A stretch of 64,000 nucleotides of DNA from Pseudomonas phage SM1, in the sequence record NC_041877.1; one strand, written 5' to 3'. Below, piece after piece: positions 8,001-17,511 of the stretch (the first letter of the stretch is position 1; every line of letters starts with the position of its first letter). Under the pieces are notes generated by a model. It was not told where the DNA came from. It worked only from the letters and a program-made list of their open reading frames with translations, and searched no databases. Made by a program: the position numbers and the translations under genes.

Positions 8001-10290
8001 GGATCAATCTACCTCGGCTCAACAGGAGAACTTGAAAAACCTGCAAACGGCATACGACGAAGCCCAGTCCGGTTACGCTGCGGCTAACGGCCAACTGCAA
8101 GACCTGCGCACCCGGCTGGATGGCTTTATTGCTGATGCTCGTAAAAACAATCTCGGAGATGCGGTTCTTGGTTCACTGCAATACTTGCAAGTCGTACTGC
8201 AACAACCGGTAGCTTATATCCAAGACACGCTTAATCTGCTGCGGCAGGTAAGTGCCGAGGGTGCCAAGCTGACCGGTGCCGCTGCTGTTCCTACCAAGCC
8301 AACTTCAGGTACTGGTTCCTTTACGCCGACCTCCGATAGCGATGCGCGCCGTCTTAGTCGAGCCCGGGTAGAGCTGGCGAAAGCCGAACTGCAAGCGCTT
8401 GCAAACTTGGAGAAACAAGCCAACAAGGAGCGAGAAGAAGCGCTTGAGTTTTCGTATAGCCGGTCCTTGGTCTCGATTAAGGAATACTATGCACAGCGCA
8501 TGGCTATCACCCGCAGCAATCTCGATATCGAACTGAAACTGCGCCGCCAGGAGCTGGCTGCTATTCAGGACGAGATGAAGAATCTTGCGGCGGACTCCAG
8601 CACTGGCAAGAACCAAGCCGAACAGGTACGCATGCAGGCTCAGGTCGCGCAAGCGCAAGGGCAGATAGATGTTTTGCTGAAACAACGTGACGCGCTGGCG
8701 GCCACTACGGACCGGGAGCTTAGCAATGCCATGCGGGAGTTCACGGACTCTATCGTCGAGCAGCGCAACAGTCTCGTGGAGTTCTTCGGCGCGGCTACAG
8801 ATGGGGAAGGGTTCCAAGTTGCCCTTGAAGCGGCTCAGGTCAAATATCGCGACTTCATCGACAAGATGAAGGCGAACGCTGCCGACTTCCCGGAGCTGGT
8901 TCCGCTGATCGGATTCACCGAAATGATGGGTCGCTTTGAAGCCCTAGAATCCGCTCTGGGGCAAGTGCAACGCGAAGCCGACCTTACTGGTAAAGGATTC
9001 GACAATCTGCGAGATCGTATCGATCTGGCGGTGGGTGCCGGGGCTCTTACCCGCCTTGAGGGGGTGGCTGCGCTGGACGAGCTTCGTAAGAAGGAGATCG
9101 CCTATCAAAAATCTATCGTAGATCGGAGCCGCGCAGAGATCGCAGCAGCCGAGGCATCTGGGAAAGGACTCGACCGCAATAGTCTGCGCTACAAAGAGCT
9201 TCAGCAAACTATCGACGATGCACAATTGAAACTGGAGAAACTCCAGTTCCAGGGCAACGAGGTAGCTAAAGAGATCAACGAAGGTATTCGTGGAGCTTTT
9301 GAAGACCTCTTTAACTCCATCGCTTCCGCAGATACCGAGAACCTGCTAAGCGACTTCCTGCGGTCGGTCACCATGTCTATATCGGAGAAAGCATCCGAAG
9401 GTCTGTCCGATATGATCATGAATGCCCTGAGCTCCAGCGGAGATGGTGGAATCGGCGGGTTCTTCGCAAGTCTCTTCGGCGCTACGTCCGAGGCAGGACC
9501 AGACGGCTCCGCATTGAATCCACTCTATGTCCGTCTTACCGATGGTATCCCCGGGCTGGATGGCGCTGTAGCGGACCCTAACGCAACGCCTAGCAGTTGG
9601 CTCGACCGGATCATGGGTAGGGGCGCAGGGGACGAGGAAGCCCCAACGCCGAAGACAGACAAGGACCAGCAAGGGGTGTTCGGTACGCTAGAGTCTGCCT
9701 TTACCCCAGGCGGTTTGTTGGACTCTGGTCTTAGCTCGGTGGTCTCCGGGGTGCAGGGCGTAGCCCAGGCAGTTAGCGGAGGGTTCGGTAGTTTGCTTGG
9801 CGGGCTCGGGAGTTTGATCGGCCAGATCATCTCCGCTATCTACGCCTCTTCAGCTTCTTCCTCGGCGTCGAGCGGTTTGGGGGCAGCGGGCGGAGCCTTC
9901 GGTATGGCGCACACTGGAGGGATTATCGGACGTACTACCATGCGTCGTTCCTATGCTCCCGTTTCTGTATTTGCCAATGCGGTTCGGCACCACACTGGGG
10001 GTATTATCGGATCGCAACCTGGGCTACAGGCCAATGAGGTTCCGATCATAGGAGAGCGTGGTGAGGAGGTTTTGACCAAACAAGACCCGCGCCATCGTGA
10101 CAATCTTGGAAAAGGCGGAAGCGGAGCTGGCACTAGTGGTGATACCATGCAGCCGATTTTCAACGTGCAACCGGTGCTTAGCGAACAAACTGTGCTGGAG
10201 GCGCTGCAAGGGTCGCAAGGTCAGAAATTACTTCTGGTCCATATCGGCAAACAGCCCCAGAAGTTCCGTCAAGCCCTCGGCATTAACTAA
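5038..10290 (+). CDS. tail tape measure protein (about 1751 aa)
   Basis: Very long alpha-helical, A/Q/R/E-rich ORF with a Gly-rich C-terminal region, located after the chaperone pair. RBS ggagagccaaaag-ATG. Contains in-frame motif copy at 8389-8404. Confidence 0.85.
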   Translation: MANESELTVRINGQDNLTPQLSQLESRLIRFVGAVSSALSALKIASFPIQAIRGFEREMAGVQKTTNFTDAQIKQLGDSLVDLSRRINVSAEDLAKIAAAAGQQGLGREGVEGIRQFSESVSRMAAVLDLTAEDAGTNIGKIASIFKISLRDIESVVSAFNQASNNSTASGEQLLDVVKRIGDAAGSLKLEQSVGLAASAIDFGVSPEVAGTSLSKIFAEFYGRADKFSKLLGVSVNDWMQQLQKDGIGALKMYLDGLRKLSADQQQKVIKELSGGGRIGVLLTKFVQDANNSVLDNNLNNAVQGYRSGTSAIQEQRTVLKTLDAELAKAGNSFQALGIKAGEVFGPRLAAYIAQLNKALADPAVIHFAESVGNAFLDMFDSIATGIKFIADLNVNWENFVQIAKTLIAIRLGQWFLSALSSVPVLGAAMTRLGLDFARSSEQQRNASQVANTAFQTQITRIRELMAQRRAYIQAVEAETQAEIAASRAREAQTAAETRNLQAQMALRQRNDAVNAASGQVTAARGGIATAQAAVAQRAAQVQQQLNERLQRAEQQHQARLTAIVTQGDAARAEARAQGSRAGVRQANLAQAEAIAQEEAYQRRSLAGINAYYARRIQAVQQAGVQEVAAARLAFMQSLSQFDRVASGPGMMVLTNQARLAASALNQADQAANRANASLTAAQAATTRAAAGFSMLGSALRIVSAGFQALIAIAGRVFFWLSIIYLALDAFGVLENIGAGFQKLTDAMGLTSEASRREAQNQRDLIAAYNAANKARLDAIDGLKAYADASGRVRDDVVTRIRSNLTDSDNDVRSEAMKQLFELQRGVLASQEQATTDIQGLPEWRQKAEADIAAVKAELEKAKKDLEQSLAIADMPVLFDDTGMGAIANQQAVKIAQDRVAALTQSLEDAQKRLGMFTDESERGLNQFGQNAADNAEKVKKVLSELFTQDSAKAFETLADPFIAASKARDDFAKKMSDLNEQIVQATGDQSTSAQQENLKNLQTAYDEAQSGYAAANGQLQDLRTRLDGFIADARKNNLGDAVLGSLQYLQVVLQQPVAYIQDTLNLLRQVSAEGAKLTGAAAVPTKPTSGTGSFTPTSDSDARRLSRARVELAKAELQALANLEKQANKEREEALEFSYSRSLVSIKEYYAQRMAITRSNLDIELKLRRQELAAIQDEMKNLAADSSTGKNQAEQVRMQAQVAQAQGQIDVLLKQRDALAATTDRELSNAMREFTDSIVEQRNSLVEFFGAATDGEGFQVALEAAQVKYRDFIDKMKANAADFPELVPLIGFTEMMGRFEALESALGQVQREADLTGKGFDNLRDRIDLAVGAGALTRLEGVAALDELRKKEIAYQKSIVDRSRAEIAAAEASGKGLDRNSLRYKELQQTIDDAQLKLEKLQFQGNEVAKEINEGIRGAFEDLFNSIASADTENLLSDFLRSVTMSISEKASEGLSDMIMNALSSSGDGGIGGFFASLFGATSEAGPDGSALNPLYVRLTDGIPGLDGAVADPNATPSSWLDRIMGRGAGDEEAPTPKTDKDQQGVFGTLESAFTPGGLLDSGLSSVVSGVQGVAQAVSGGFGSLLGGLGSLIGQIISAIYASSASSSASSGLGAAGGAFGMAHTGGIIGRTTMRRSYAPVSVFANAVRHHTGGIIGSQPGLQANEVPIIGERGEEVLTKQDPRHRDNLGKGGSGAGTSGDTMQPIFNVQPVLSEQTVLEALQGSQGQKLLLVHIGKQPQKFRQALGIN
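8389..8404. repeat. motif copy CTGCAAGCGCTTGCAA (perfect 14-mer palindrome core; inside TMP, frame L-Q-A-L-A-N)
   Basis: Same family. Confidence 0.75.
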
Positions 10291-10300
10291 GGAGAGAGCA

Positions 10301-11257
10301 ATGGCATTCAGTCAAGGCCAAGCGGCCAACTTCAACGACCTTCTGGATAAGCTGGTCGCGTTCCTCACTACCAATCCGGACTTGGTTGCAGCCGGGCAGG
10401 CGTATGAGGTGCTATACGATCAAACCTTGCCGTATACCGGCCAGGAAGTATCGGGACTTAACCGCCGGCACGTAGCGTTCAGGTCCAAGGGGCTGTCTGG
10501 TCTGGATCAGATTTATACCGCTATCTCCACGGCGGCGAACACGGCTACCGACTACTACAACTGGCGGATCATGGGCGGTACGGGGCTTAACCTGTCCGCC
10601 CTTACCCCGGGGTTCCGGGACCTTACGCAGGGCCTGATTAACCCATGCCCGTTTACCCAGGGTGGATGCTTCTGGAACCAAGCCATGCCGTACTGGTTCG
10701 TAGCCAACGGTCGTCGTTGGTGGGTGACTGCCAAGGTATCGTCGGTCTTCACCACTGTAGGGGCGGGATTCATCCTGCCCCCCTGCCCGCCGGACGAGTT
10801 CCCTTACCCTCTAGCGGTTTGGGGCTCCCACACTGCGTACGAGGGCGTTCGCTGGTCGGATTCCTCTTCGAATCACTCCAGCCCCACGATGGGTCGGGCA
10901 GCCCTGCGTACTCCGTCCGGGCAATGGTGGGACTTCTATGGCGGTATGGGCGGACCGTACGCGGGGCTTCGTTGCGTAATGCCTACCGGACGCTATGCCC
11001 CGGACCAAGCCGCGCGAAACCGGCTATTGCTCGTACGTGATGCCCTGGATGGTAGTTTCCCTCTACTGCCCGTAGCGTTGCTGGTACGCGACTCGCAGGG
11101 GAGTATCCCTTTCGGCGAGGCTGACGGGTTGTTCTGGGTGCCTGTTCTCAACAACGGCTCAGAAGACACGATTGTCGCCAACGGCGCCACTCATGTGGTG
11201 TTTCAGTCTGCGTTCCGTACCGATTCTCCTAACCTACTCGCACTGAGGGCTAACTAA
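10301..11257 (+). CDS. tail protein (distal tail/baseplate region)
   Basis: Start at RBS ggagagagca-ATG just after the TMP stop. The track ORF 10097 start lies inside the TMP and was rejected. Confidence 0.5.
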   Translation: MAFSQGQAANFNDLLDKLVAFLTTNPDLVAAGQAYEVLYDQTLPYTGQEVSGLNRRHVAFRSKGLSGLDQIYTAISTAANTATDYYNWRIMGGTGLNLSALTPGFRDLTQGLINPCPFTQGGCFWNQAMPYWFVANGRRWWVTAKVSSVFTTVGAGFILPPCPPDEFPYPLAVWGSHTAYEGVRWSDSSSNHSSPTMGRAALRTPSGQWWDFYGGMGGPYAGLRCVMPTGRYAPDQAARNRLLLVRDALDGSFPLLPVALLVRDSQGSIPFGEADGLFWVPVLNNGSEDTIVANGATHVVFQSAFRTDSPNLLALRAN

Positions 11258-12243
11258 TGGCTTACCAGACTGGACCAGTAAGTACGATTTCCGAGCTGAT
11301 CGATACTATGGTCAATTTCGCGGCAGCTAATGGCTGGACCAAAGACACTATCTCTGGCGGCGGTAACGGCTGGGCTTTGCATTCGGCAAGCGGCGGGTAC
11401 TGGTCGTTTCGCTACGGGCAGGGCCCTACCGTGGACGCTGAGAACGGTAACCCATTCGGGCAAGCGATTGCACAGAACCAAGGGTTCTATGTCTACAACA
11501 ATACGGGCTTTAATGCTGCGCTACCTGCACACAGGCAGCCGGGCTGGTCTGCATCCAACTACCCTGCCGCTGGAGGCTGGTTCGACCTCAAGCAGGCCGG
11601 GCCATACACCACTTACTGGCTGTTCGTAACTGAGCAGTACGTGCATCTGGTAGTAGAGGTGCAGTCCAAGGTCTACGCCCACTTCGGTATTGGTACCTTG
11701 GACAAGCGCGGCTCTAGCTATGGCGGAGGTTTCTATACGCAGCATCATAAACTGTCGTATAACCCCTCCTCCAGCGAAGGTAACGGCCTCTCTGATGCTG
11801 CGACGCAATATGTATGGGACTCGTTCCGCAGCGTGAATAACTCGCGTTGCCAAGTCGATATTCGGGATGGAGAGATCGCCGGTCGGGAGCTACTTGGTGT
11901 GTATACCAACAACGCGGGCGCTGGCGACCGGGGGTGGTCGGCCCTGGGCCACGGGTCGGATACCTATCATCCGGACGACAGCTATCTCGACGCCAGTGCC
12001 AATCAGATGACGGGCGAGACGGTTCTGATCCCGAACCGGGTTTACATGATCGGTAACCAGTCACGCTTACGCCCGTTGGGGGAGGTGGCAGACTTCGCTT
12101 TTTGCGATATGTCGTTCTGCTCACCAGCCCAGGTCCAGATTTACGGTTCGGAGGAATGGATCGTATTCCCGGCTTTCCGCGTAGGCATTAGTGCCCTAAC
12201 CAGCTCGTTGCAACGCGGCAACGCCTATCGCATCCGGAGGTGA
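11257..12243 (+). CDS. tail protein
   Basis: TAATG start-stop overlap with the upstream gene. Lies in the tail module. Confidence 0.5.
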   Translation: MAYQTGPVSTISELIDTMVNFAAANGWTKDTISGGGNGWALHSASGGYWSFRYGQGPTVDAENGNPFGQAIAQNQGFYVYNNTGFNAALPAHRQPGWSASNYPAAGGWFDLKQAGPYTTYWLFVTEQYVHLVVEVQSKVYAHFGIGTLDKRGSSYGGGFYTQHHKLSYNPSSSEGNGLSDAATQYVWDSFRSVNNSRCQVDIRDGEIAGRELLGVYTNNAGAGDRGWSALGHGSDTYHPDDSYLDASANQMTGETVLIPNRVYMIGNQSRLRPLGEVADFAFCDMSFCSPAQVQIYGSEEWIVFPAFRVGISALTSSLQRGNAYRIRR

Positions 12244-12246
12244 TGT

Positions 12247-13962
12247 GTGGCTAACTTTTCTGGAATTACCTTCAAGTCCCCCTGGCAAACCGCCGGGGGT
12301 CGCCGCAGTACGAACTTGCGAAAGATGAAAGTCAACCAAGAGACTGGGCTTGCTTGGCGGTTCAATTTGGCGGCACCTAGCTCCTACCAGCAGAACGCCC
12401 CGATAGACCTCATCCACAAGGAACGGGTAGGTGCGGACTACCCTCTACTCCTGCGGCTGATCTACAACAAGATCAACCTCAATAGCATCAACTTCGAACT
12501 CGGGAACGTGGTCGGTTCGCAACAGTTGGACCTGAAAATCTGGAATGCGTATTTCGTGCCTGTCACGCTTTTGAGCATTGAGTACGATGGCGATAGTGGG
12601 GTAACGATCAGCGGGCAACCGAACCCACCTTTGGTACTGAAAGCCCTGGAGCAGCGTATTTGGAAAATAGGCATTGATGCCAACGGTCCGCCTGTAATTG
12701 AGGGGAAGATCACTATCAAGTTCTCCGATGGCACCACCGTCGTCATCCAGATCAGCGGAAGTCGTATCACCATCTGGTCTTTCTCGGCGGATTGGTCGTC
12801 GAGCGTGGTAGAGCGTCTGGAGTGGCTGACCAGCATCACCAACAGCCCTCTTGGCGACGAACAGCGCCGCTCTCTACGCCTCTCCCCTCGCCGCTCTTTT
12901 GAGGTGCAAGCGCTTGCACGAGACCGCGAACGACAACTAATGGACATGGCGGTTTTCGACTGGGGTGGCCGGAATTGGGCACTACCTATCTACCCAGATG
13001 TTCAGGAGCTGGCAGTCGGCATTGGGGCCGCATCCCTAGAAATACCCTGTATTACCGCGAATCGGGATTTCCGGTCCGGCGGTTTGGTTATCCTTCGCGG
13101 AGCTACGGCCTTCGACTATGAGGTGGCAGTGATCGCTACAGTGGAACCCAACCGGGTAACTTTGCAGCGCCCTCTTCAAAGTGCATGGGCTCGTAAGAGC
13201 AAGGTGTTTCCTGCGAGGTCAGCGAGGTTCTCCGAACAACCTACCTTCACCCGGATAACGGACCGTGCATACTCGGTGAAAGCTAAGTTCCAACTGAGTG
13301 AAAACTCAGACTGGCCGGCGGTATCGCCATCGTTGATCTATCGCGGTAAGCCTGTATTTGAATTGCCGCCGGAGGAGTCGGAGGAACTCACAAGTACCTA
13401 CGTTCGTCTACTTCGCATGATTGACAATAGCACGGACCTGCCCGCGTACCGGGACACTGCCAATTTGGGATTCACGGCTACTGCCCACCGTTGGCTGATG
13501 CATGGGGCGGAAGAGCACTCGGCGATGCGCAGCTTCTACTACAGCCTTCGTGGCCGGTGGAAATCAGTATGGCTTCCTACCCACGCGGATGATGTAACGA
13601 TGTACCGTCAAGCGTTGACCCAGGACACTACCTTGGATGTGCTGCCCGGCGGTTACGCCCGTTTCGGTATCTCGCGCCCTGGGCGTCGCGATCTCTATAT
13701 TTTGCTTACGGACAACTCGGTAATTCTTCGCAGGGTGGAGTCGGCCACGGAGCTTACTGAAAATGGAGAAACGTTCGAGCGCCTGACTCTGGATGGGCAG
13801 ATTGGTCAAGATTTGCCGGTAACCAAAGTCAAGCGGATCAGCTTCATGGCCCTATGTCGGCTCGATCAAGATTTCATTGAAATCAACCACGAAACCGATA
13901 TCGAGGGTTTGGGTTCGTGCAAAACCACTTGGCGCAGTCTGCGGGATGATATGGAGGTGTAA
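12247..13962 (+). CDS. tail/baseplate protein (571 aa)
   Basis: GTG start 7 nt after RBS ggaggtga. Contains in-frame perfect-palindrome motif copy at 12904-12919 (V-Q-A-L-A-R). Confidence 0.5.
   Translation: MANFSGITFKSPWQTAGGRRSTNLRKMKVNQETGLAWRFNLAAPSSYQQNAPIDLIHKERVGADYPLLLRLIYNKINLNSINFELGNVVGSQQLDLKIWNAYFVPVTLLSIEYDGDSGVTISGQPNPPLVLKALEQRIWKIGIDANGPPVIEGKITIKFSDGTTVVIQISGSRITIWSFSADWSSSVVERLEWLTSITNSPLGDEQRRSLRLSPRRSFEVQALARDRERQLMDMAVFDWGGRNWALPIYPDVQELAVGIGAASLEIPCITANRDFRSGGLVILRGATAFDYEVAVIATVEPNRVTLQRPLQSAWARKSKVFPARSARFSEQPTFTRITDRAYSVKAKFQLSENSDWPAVSPSLIYRGKPVFELPPEESEELTSTYVRLLRMIDNSTDLPAYRDTANLGFTATAHRWLMHGAEEHSAMRSFYYSLRGRWKSVWLPTHADDVTMYRQALTQDTTLDVLPGGYARFGISRPGRRDLYILLTDNSVILRRVESATELTENGETFERLTLDGQIGQDLPVTKVKRISFMALCRLDQDFIEINHETDIEGLGSCKTTWRSLRDDMEV
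12904..12919. repeat. motif copy GTGCAAGCGCTTGCAC (perfect 16-bp palindrome; inside tail gene, frame V-Q-A-L-A-R)
   Basis: Same family. Confidence 0.8.
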
Positions 13963-13963
13963 T

Positions 13964-14785
13964 ATGGCGTTCGACGATATTGAGAAATCCGAGGAGCTGG
14001 GTCAGCCTGTCCGTTGCTATCGGTTTACTCGAAGTTCAGTGGTCTTTGCGTACACTTCGGCGAACCGCAACATCACACTCAACAACATAGAGTTCAAGAG
14101 TGGGTCCCAGATAGCGGACCCTGGTTTCGAGAACACGGGCGGCATGGATGCCAGTACCGTGGAGATAACGATCCACATAGACTCCGAAATCTCTCGCGCC
14201 TTCCAGGCTTTCCCGCCGTCTAATGGCGTAAATCTGGTGATCTGGGATGGGCACTACGGGTCGGATGATTTCGTCGTAACGTGGATGGGTTTGGTGGAGA
14301 CGGCCAGTTGGCCGGATAGCATTACGTGCAAGCTATCGTGTCAGTCGTTGGCATCTTCCATGACGCAGCCGGGTCTTCGTCGTTGCTGGCAGCGGGGATG
14401 CTCGAATACACTTTACGACGAAGACTGCCGCGTGAATCCGGAGGCTTATCGCGTGGACGATCAGGTAGCGAGTATGGATGGCTTGAGTGTAGATGTAGCT
14501 TTGCTGGTCGGATTTCCTGACGATTACTTCAGTGGAGGGTATATCACTTTCACTACGCAAGATGGTTTCGCGGAGCTTCGCGGGGTACGTAGGCAGACTG
14601 GCAGGCATTTCGTTCTTCTAGGAGGCACGGCAGGGCTTTATACGGGGGCTGCTGTAGCATTGTACCCAGGGTGCAATCGCGTCATTGCTACCTGTCACGA
14701 TAAGTTCAATAACAGCGTCAACTACGGCGGCCAGCCGCATCTCCCGGGGCGGTCTCCCTTCGACGGCAACCCCATTTTCAATTAA
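13964..14785 (+). CDS. tail protein
   Basis: RBS ggaggtg plus ATG directly after the upstream stop. The track ORF 13877 start was rejected as lying inside the upstream gene. Confidence 0.5.
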   Translation: MAFDDIEKSEELGQPVRCYRFTRSSVVFAYTSANRNITLNNIEFKSGSQIADPGFENTGGMDASTVEITIHIDSEISRAFQAFPPSNGVNLVIWDGHYGSDDFVVTWMGLVETASWPDSITCKLSCQSLASSMTQPGLRRCWQRGCSNTLYDEDCRVNPEAYRVDDQVASMDGLSVDVALLVGFPDDYFSGGYITFTTQDGFAELRGVRRQTGRHFVLLGGTAGLYTGAAVALYPGCNRVIATCHDKFNNSVNYGGQPHLPGRSPFDGNPIFN

Positions 14786-14795
14786 GGAGAGCAGT

Positions 14796-15029
14796 ATGCA
14801 AGCTCTATACTATCTGGCCTGGATCGCCATCAGCTACTACATCAATAAGGCCATCGCCCCTAAACCGGATAAACCGAAACCTGCTGCTCTTTCCGACTGG
14901 AACTTCCCTCAGTTCGAGGAAGGTACGCCGCAGGCTGTCGTGTTCGGTGACGTATGGACCGAAGACTGGATGGTGTTGGGCTTGGGCAATTACCGCACCT
15001 CGAAAATCAAAACGAAGTCCGGTAAATAA
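14796..15029 (+). CDS. small hydrophobic protein (possible tail-associated membrane/assembly protein)
   Basis: RBS aaggagagcagt-ATG. Hydrophobic N-terminus YYLAWIAISYYI. Confidence 0.4.
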   Translation: MQALYYLAWIAISYYINKAIAPKPDKPKPAALSDWNFPQFEEGTPQAVVFGDVWTEDWMVLGLGNYRTSKIKTKSGK

Positions 15030-15045
15030 GTGCAAGCGTTTGCAC
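15030..15045. promoter_or_regulatory. motif copy GTGCAAGCGTTTGCAC, intergenic, immediately 5' of SD ggagggg of gene 15056
   Basis: Same family. Preceded by TAAATAAGT. Confidence 0.8.
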
Positions 15046-15055
15046 GGAGGGGAAA

Positions 15056-15280
15056 ATGGACGATTTCTTGATCACAACCGAGCATGTTAAGTACATGCGC
15101 GCGGAGCCCGGGGAGCCTGACTTTTGCGTACCCGGGATGAAGCATTGGGCCTCTATACTTGGCATCGACTTCAAGGATTTCGTAAGGAACGGTGTTATGG
15201 CTAGCAAACTGGAAGCTACTGGCGATGCTCACGTCATCGCAATGGTAGACAAGATCAGAAAGGGGGTGGCCCGTGGGTAG
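15056..15280 (+). CDS. hypothetical protein
   Basis: RBS ggagggg 10 nt downstream of motif copy 15030-15045. Confidence 0.4.
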   Translation: MDDFLITTEHVKYMRAEPGEPDFCVPGMKHWASILGIDFKDFVRNGVMASKLEATGDAHVIAMVDKIRKGVARG

Positions 15281-17510
15281 TAAAAAGAGCGTCACGATTG
15301 GCTACAAATACTACATGGGCATCCACATGGGGGTATGTCGCGGCCCTATAGATGAGCTAGTAGAGATTCAGGTCGGTGACCGCTCCGCCTGGAAAGGCTC
15401 TATTACGGAGAACGGCACCTTCACGATCAACAACCCGAATCTCTTCGGCGGGGATAAAAGCGAGGGCGGCATCGTAGGTTCCGTTGAGGTGCTGATGGGG
15501 GACTGGGAGCAGCCAGTATCTGGCCGCCTTGCGGCTATGTTGGGCGGTATCGTACCTGCTTTCCGCCGAGTCTGTACCTTGTTTTTCGACGGACAGGTCA
15601 GCGCTATGAACCCTTACCCGAAGGTTTGGAAAATGCGGGTGCGCCGAGCCTTGAAAGGATGGCAAGGGGAGCCGTGGTACCCGTCGAAAGCCGTCATAAA
15701 TCTGGAGGGACCAAACGGAGAGCCGATCCGGGCTATGAACCCGGCGCACATACTCTACGAATGCGCTACCAACTCCGAGTGGGGTAAAGGCCTTGACCGT
15801 GGTCTAATCGACGAAGCCAGCTTCTCCCAGGCCGCCGATACCCTATTCGATGAAGGATTTGGTCTTTGCCTGAAGTGGACGCGTACCGATAGTGTCAGTA
15901 ATTTCATGCAGACTGTCATTGACCACATCGGCGCCGTAGTCTACTTCCATCCAAGGACTGCCCTGTTCACCATCAAGCTACTGCGCGCCGATTACGACCC
16001 CGCGAACCTACCGCACTACACCTATGGAAAAGGCATCATTAGTGCCAGCGATGTCACCCAGGGCACCCCCTACACTGCTACGAACACGGTAACAGTCACC
16101 TACGTCAACCCTATTAACGGCGAGAAACTGTCATCCGCGCCGGTCCAAAACCTAGCGGCGGTAAGGCTGAATGGCTCGATAGCTCAGAACAATGAGTATT
16201 TGGGGTTGCCAACACCATCTCTGGCGGGTCGAGTAGCCCTACGTGATCTCGAAGCTAGTATGGGGTATCTGCGTCGCCTAGAACTGGGTTTTGATCGTAC
16301 GGGCTGGGATATATTGCCCGGGGACGTAATTAGCATCACCATCCCAGAGCATGGCATACAGGCCATGCCGGTGCGGATCGGCAGTGTAAATTCCTCATCC
16401 CATCTAGAGGGGAGGATAACCTTTACCGCAGTGCAGGATGTGTATGGCCTGCCGCAACGGTCTATTGTGGAACCTCAACCTTCCGAGTGGGTTCCGCCGG
16501 ACCAAACGGCGCGGCCTGTACCTATCCGCCGAGTTCGGGAGATGGGGTATCGCGATTTGTTTCGGATTACCTCCCCGTCTGACCTCGACCGGCTGGACGC
16601 CTCCACCACCTATCTGTATGGGATGGGCTCTAAACCGTTCGGTATGGCCTACGGTTACGAGCTGTACGTCGATTATGCTTCTTCCGGCTTCGCTGACCAC
16701 GGGGAAGGCGATTGGGTACCTAACGCCCAGATTGGCATATCGATACCGATGGCTGCTGACGACATTGAAGTGCCGCTCGGTGGTACGGAGAATCTGGACT
16801 TTGCGCAGGTTGGCTCGCCGGCTGTGATCGACGAAGAGGAGTTCATTGTCAAGTCGATAAACACGTCCACCAACGTTGTTGTGCTTGGGCGCGGAACTTT
16901 GGATACAGTGCCCGCCTACCACGCTGCTGGCTCTCGTATTTGGTTGTATGACGACTATACGGCGGATTCGGACGCCACCTACCTGCCTAACACCACAGCT
17001 AACGTCAAAATGCTTACCCGGACCGGTCGCGAGCTATTGGCGCTATCTGACGCGCCGGTCGATGTGCTGAACATGCGTGGGCGTCATGCGAGGCCGTACC
17101 CCCCAGGTAATTTCAAAACTAACGGACTGGCCTTGGGCGCGCTGGAGCCGGTAGCTCGTCCCGTCACGTTTACCTGGGCCCACCGAAATCGCGAAGCTCA
17201 GGCTGACCAACTATTTGGCCACACCTACGGGAGCCTGACGCTGCCCGCAGGGGTTACGTACACCTTGCGAATCCTGAAGATGTCAGGTCAGGTCTTGCGC
17301 TCGGTTACTGGATTGACCGGTACGTCCTGGGAGTATACTGCCGCGATGATCGGTGAGGACGGTATCGACGCTGAACAAGGACAATTCCGAGTGCAGCTTT
17401 GGTCCGAAGTGGACGGGTTGCAGTCTTGGCAGATTTACGACATACCACAAATTCTAATTCGTCCTGGCCTCGGGTTGAGTCTGGGTTACGCTCTCGGAGA
17501 AGGAGACTGA
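15273..17510 (+). CDS. tail tip / host-specificity (J-like) protein
   Basis: 745-aa ORF in the tail module after the small tail genes. GTG start overlaps the upstream stop. Confidence 0.5.
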   Translation: MGSKKSVTIGYKYYMGIHMGVCRGPIDELVEIQVGDRSAWKGSITENGTFTINNPNLFGGDKSEGGIVGSVEVLMGDWEQPVSGRLAAMLGGIVPAFRRVCTLFFDGQVSAMNPYPKVWKMRVRRALKGWQGEPWYPSKAVINLEGPNGEPIRAMNPAHILYECATNSEWGKGLDRGLIDEASFSQAADTLFDEGFGLCLKWTRTDSVSNFMQTVIDHIGAVVYFHPRTALFTIKLLRADYDPANLPHYTYGKGIISASDVTQGTPYTATNTVTVTYVNPINGEKLSSAPVQNLAAVRLNGSIAQNNEYLGLPTPSLAGRVALRDLEASMGYLRRLELGFDRTGWDILPGDVISITIPEHGIQAMPVRIGSVNSSSHLEGRITFTAVQDVYGLPQRSIVEPQPSEWVPPDQTARPVPIRRVREMGYRDLFRITSPSDLDRLDASTTYLYGMGSKPFGMAYGYELYVDYASSGFADHGEGDWVPNAQIGISIPMAADDIEVPLGGTENLDFAQVGSPAVIDEEEFIVKSINTSTNVVVLGRGTLDTVPAYHAAGSRIWLYDDYTADSDATYLPNTTANVKMLTRTGRELLALSDAPVDVLNMRGRHARPYPPGNFKTNGLALGALEPVARPVTFTWAHRNREAQADQLFGHTYGSLTLPAGVTYTLRILKMSGQVLRSVTGLTGTSWEYTAAMIGEDGIDAEQGQFRVQLWSEVDGLQSWQIYDIPQILIRPGLGLSLGYALGEGD

Positions 17511-17511
17511 T

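Noticed and set aside
10097-11257. Track ORF start at 10097 for the first post-TMP tail gene
   Set aside because: The first 200 nt lie inside the tape-measure gene in another frame. A strong RBS plus ATG at 10301 directly follows the TMP stop.
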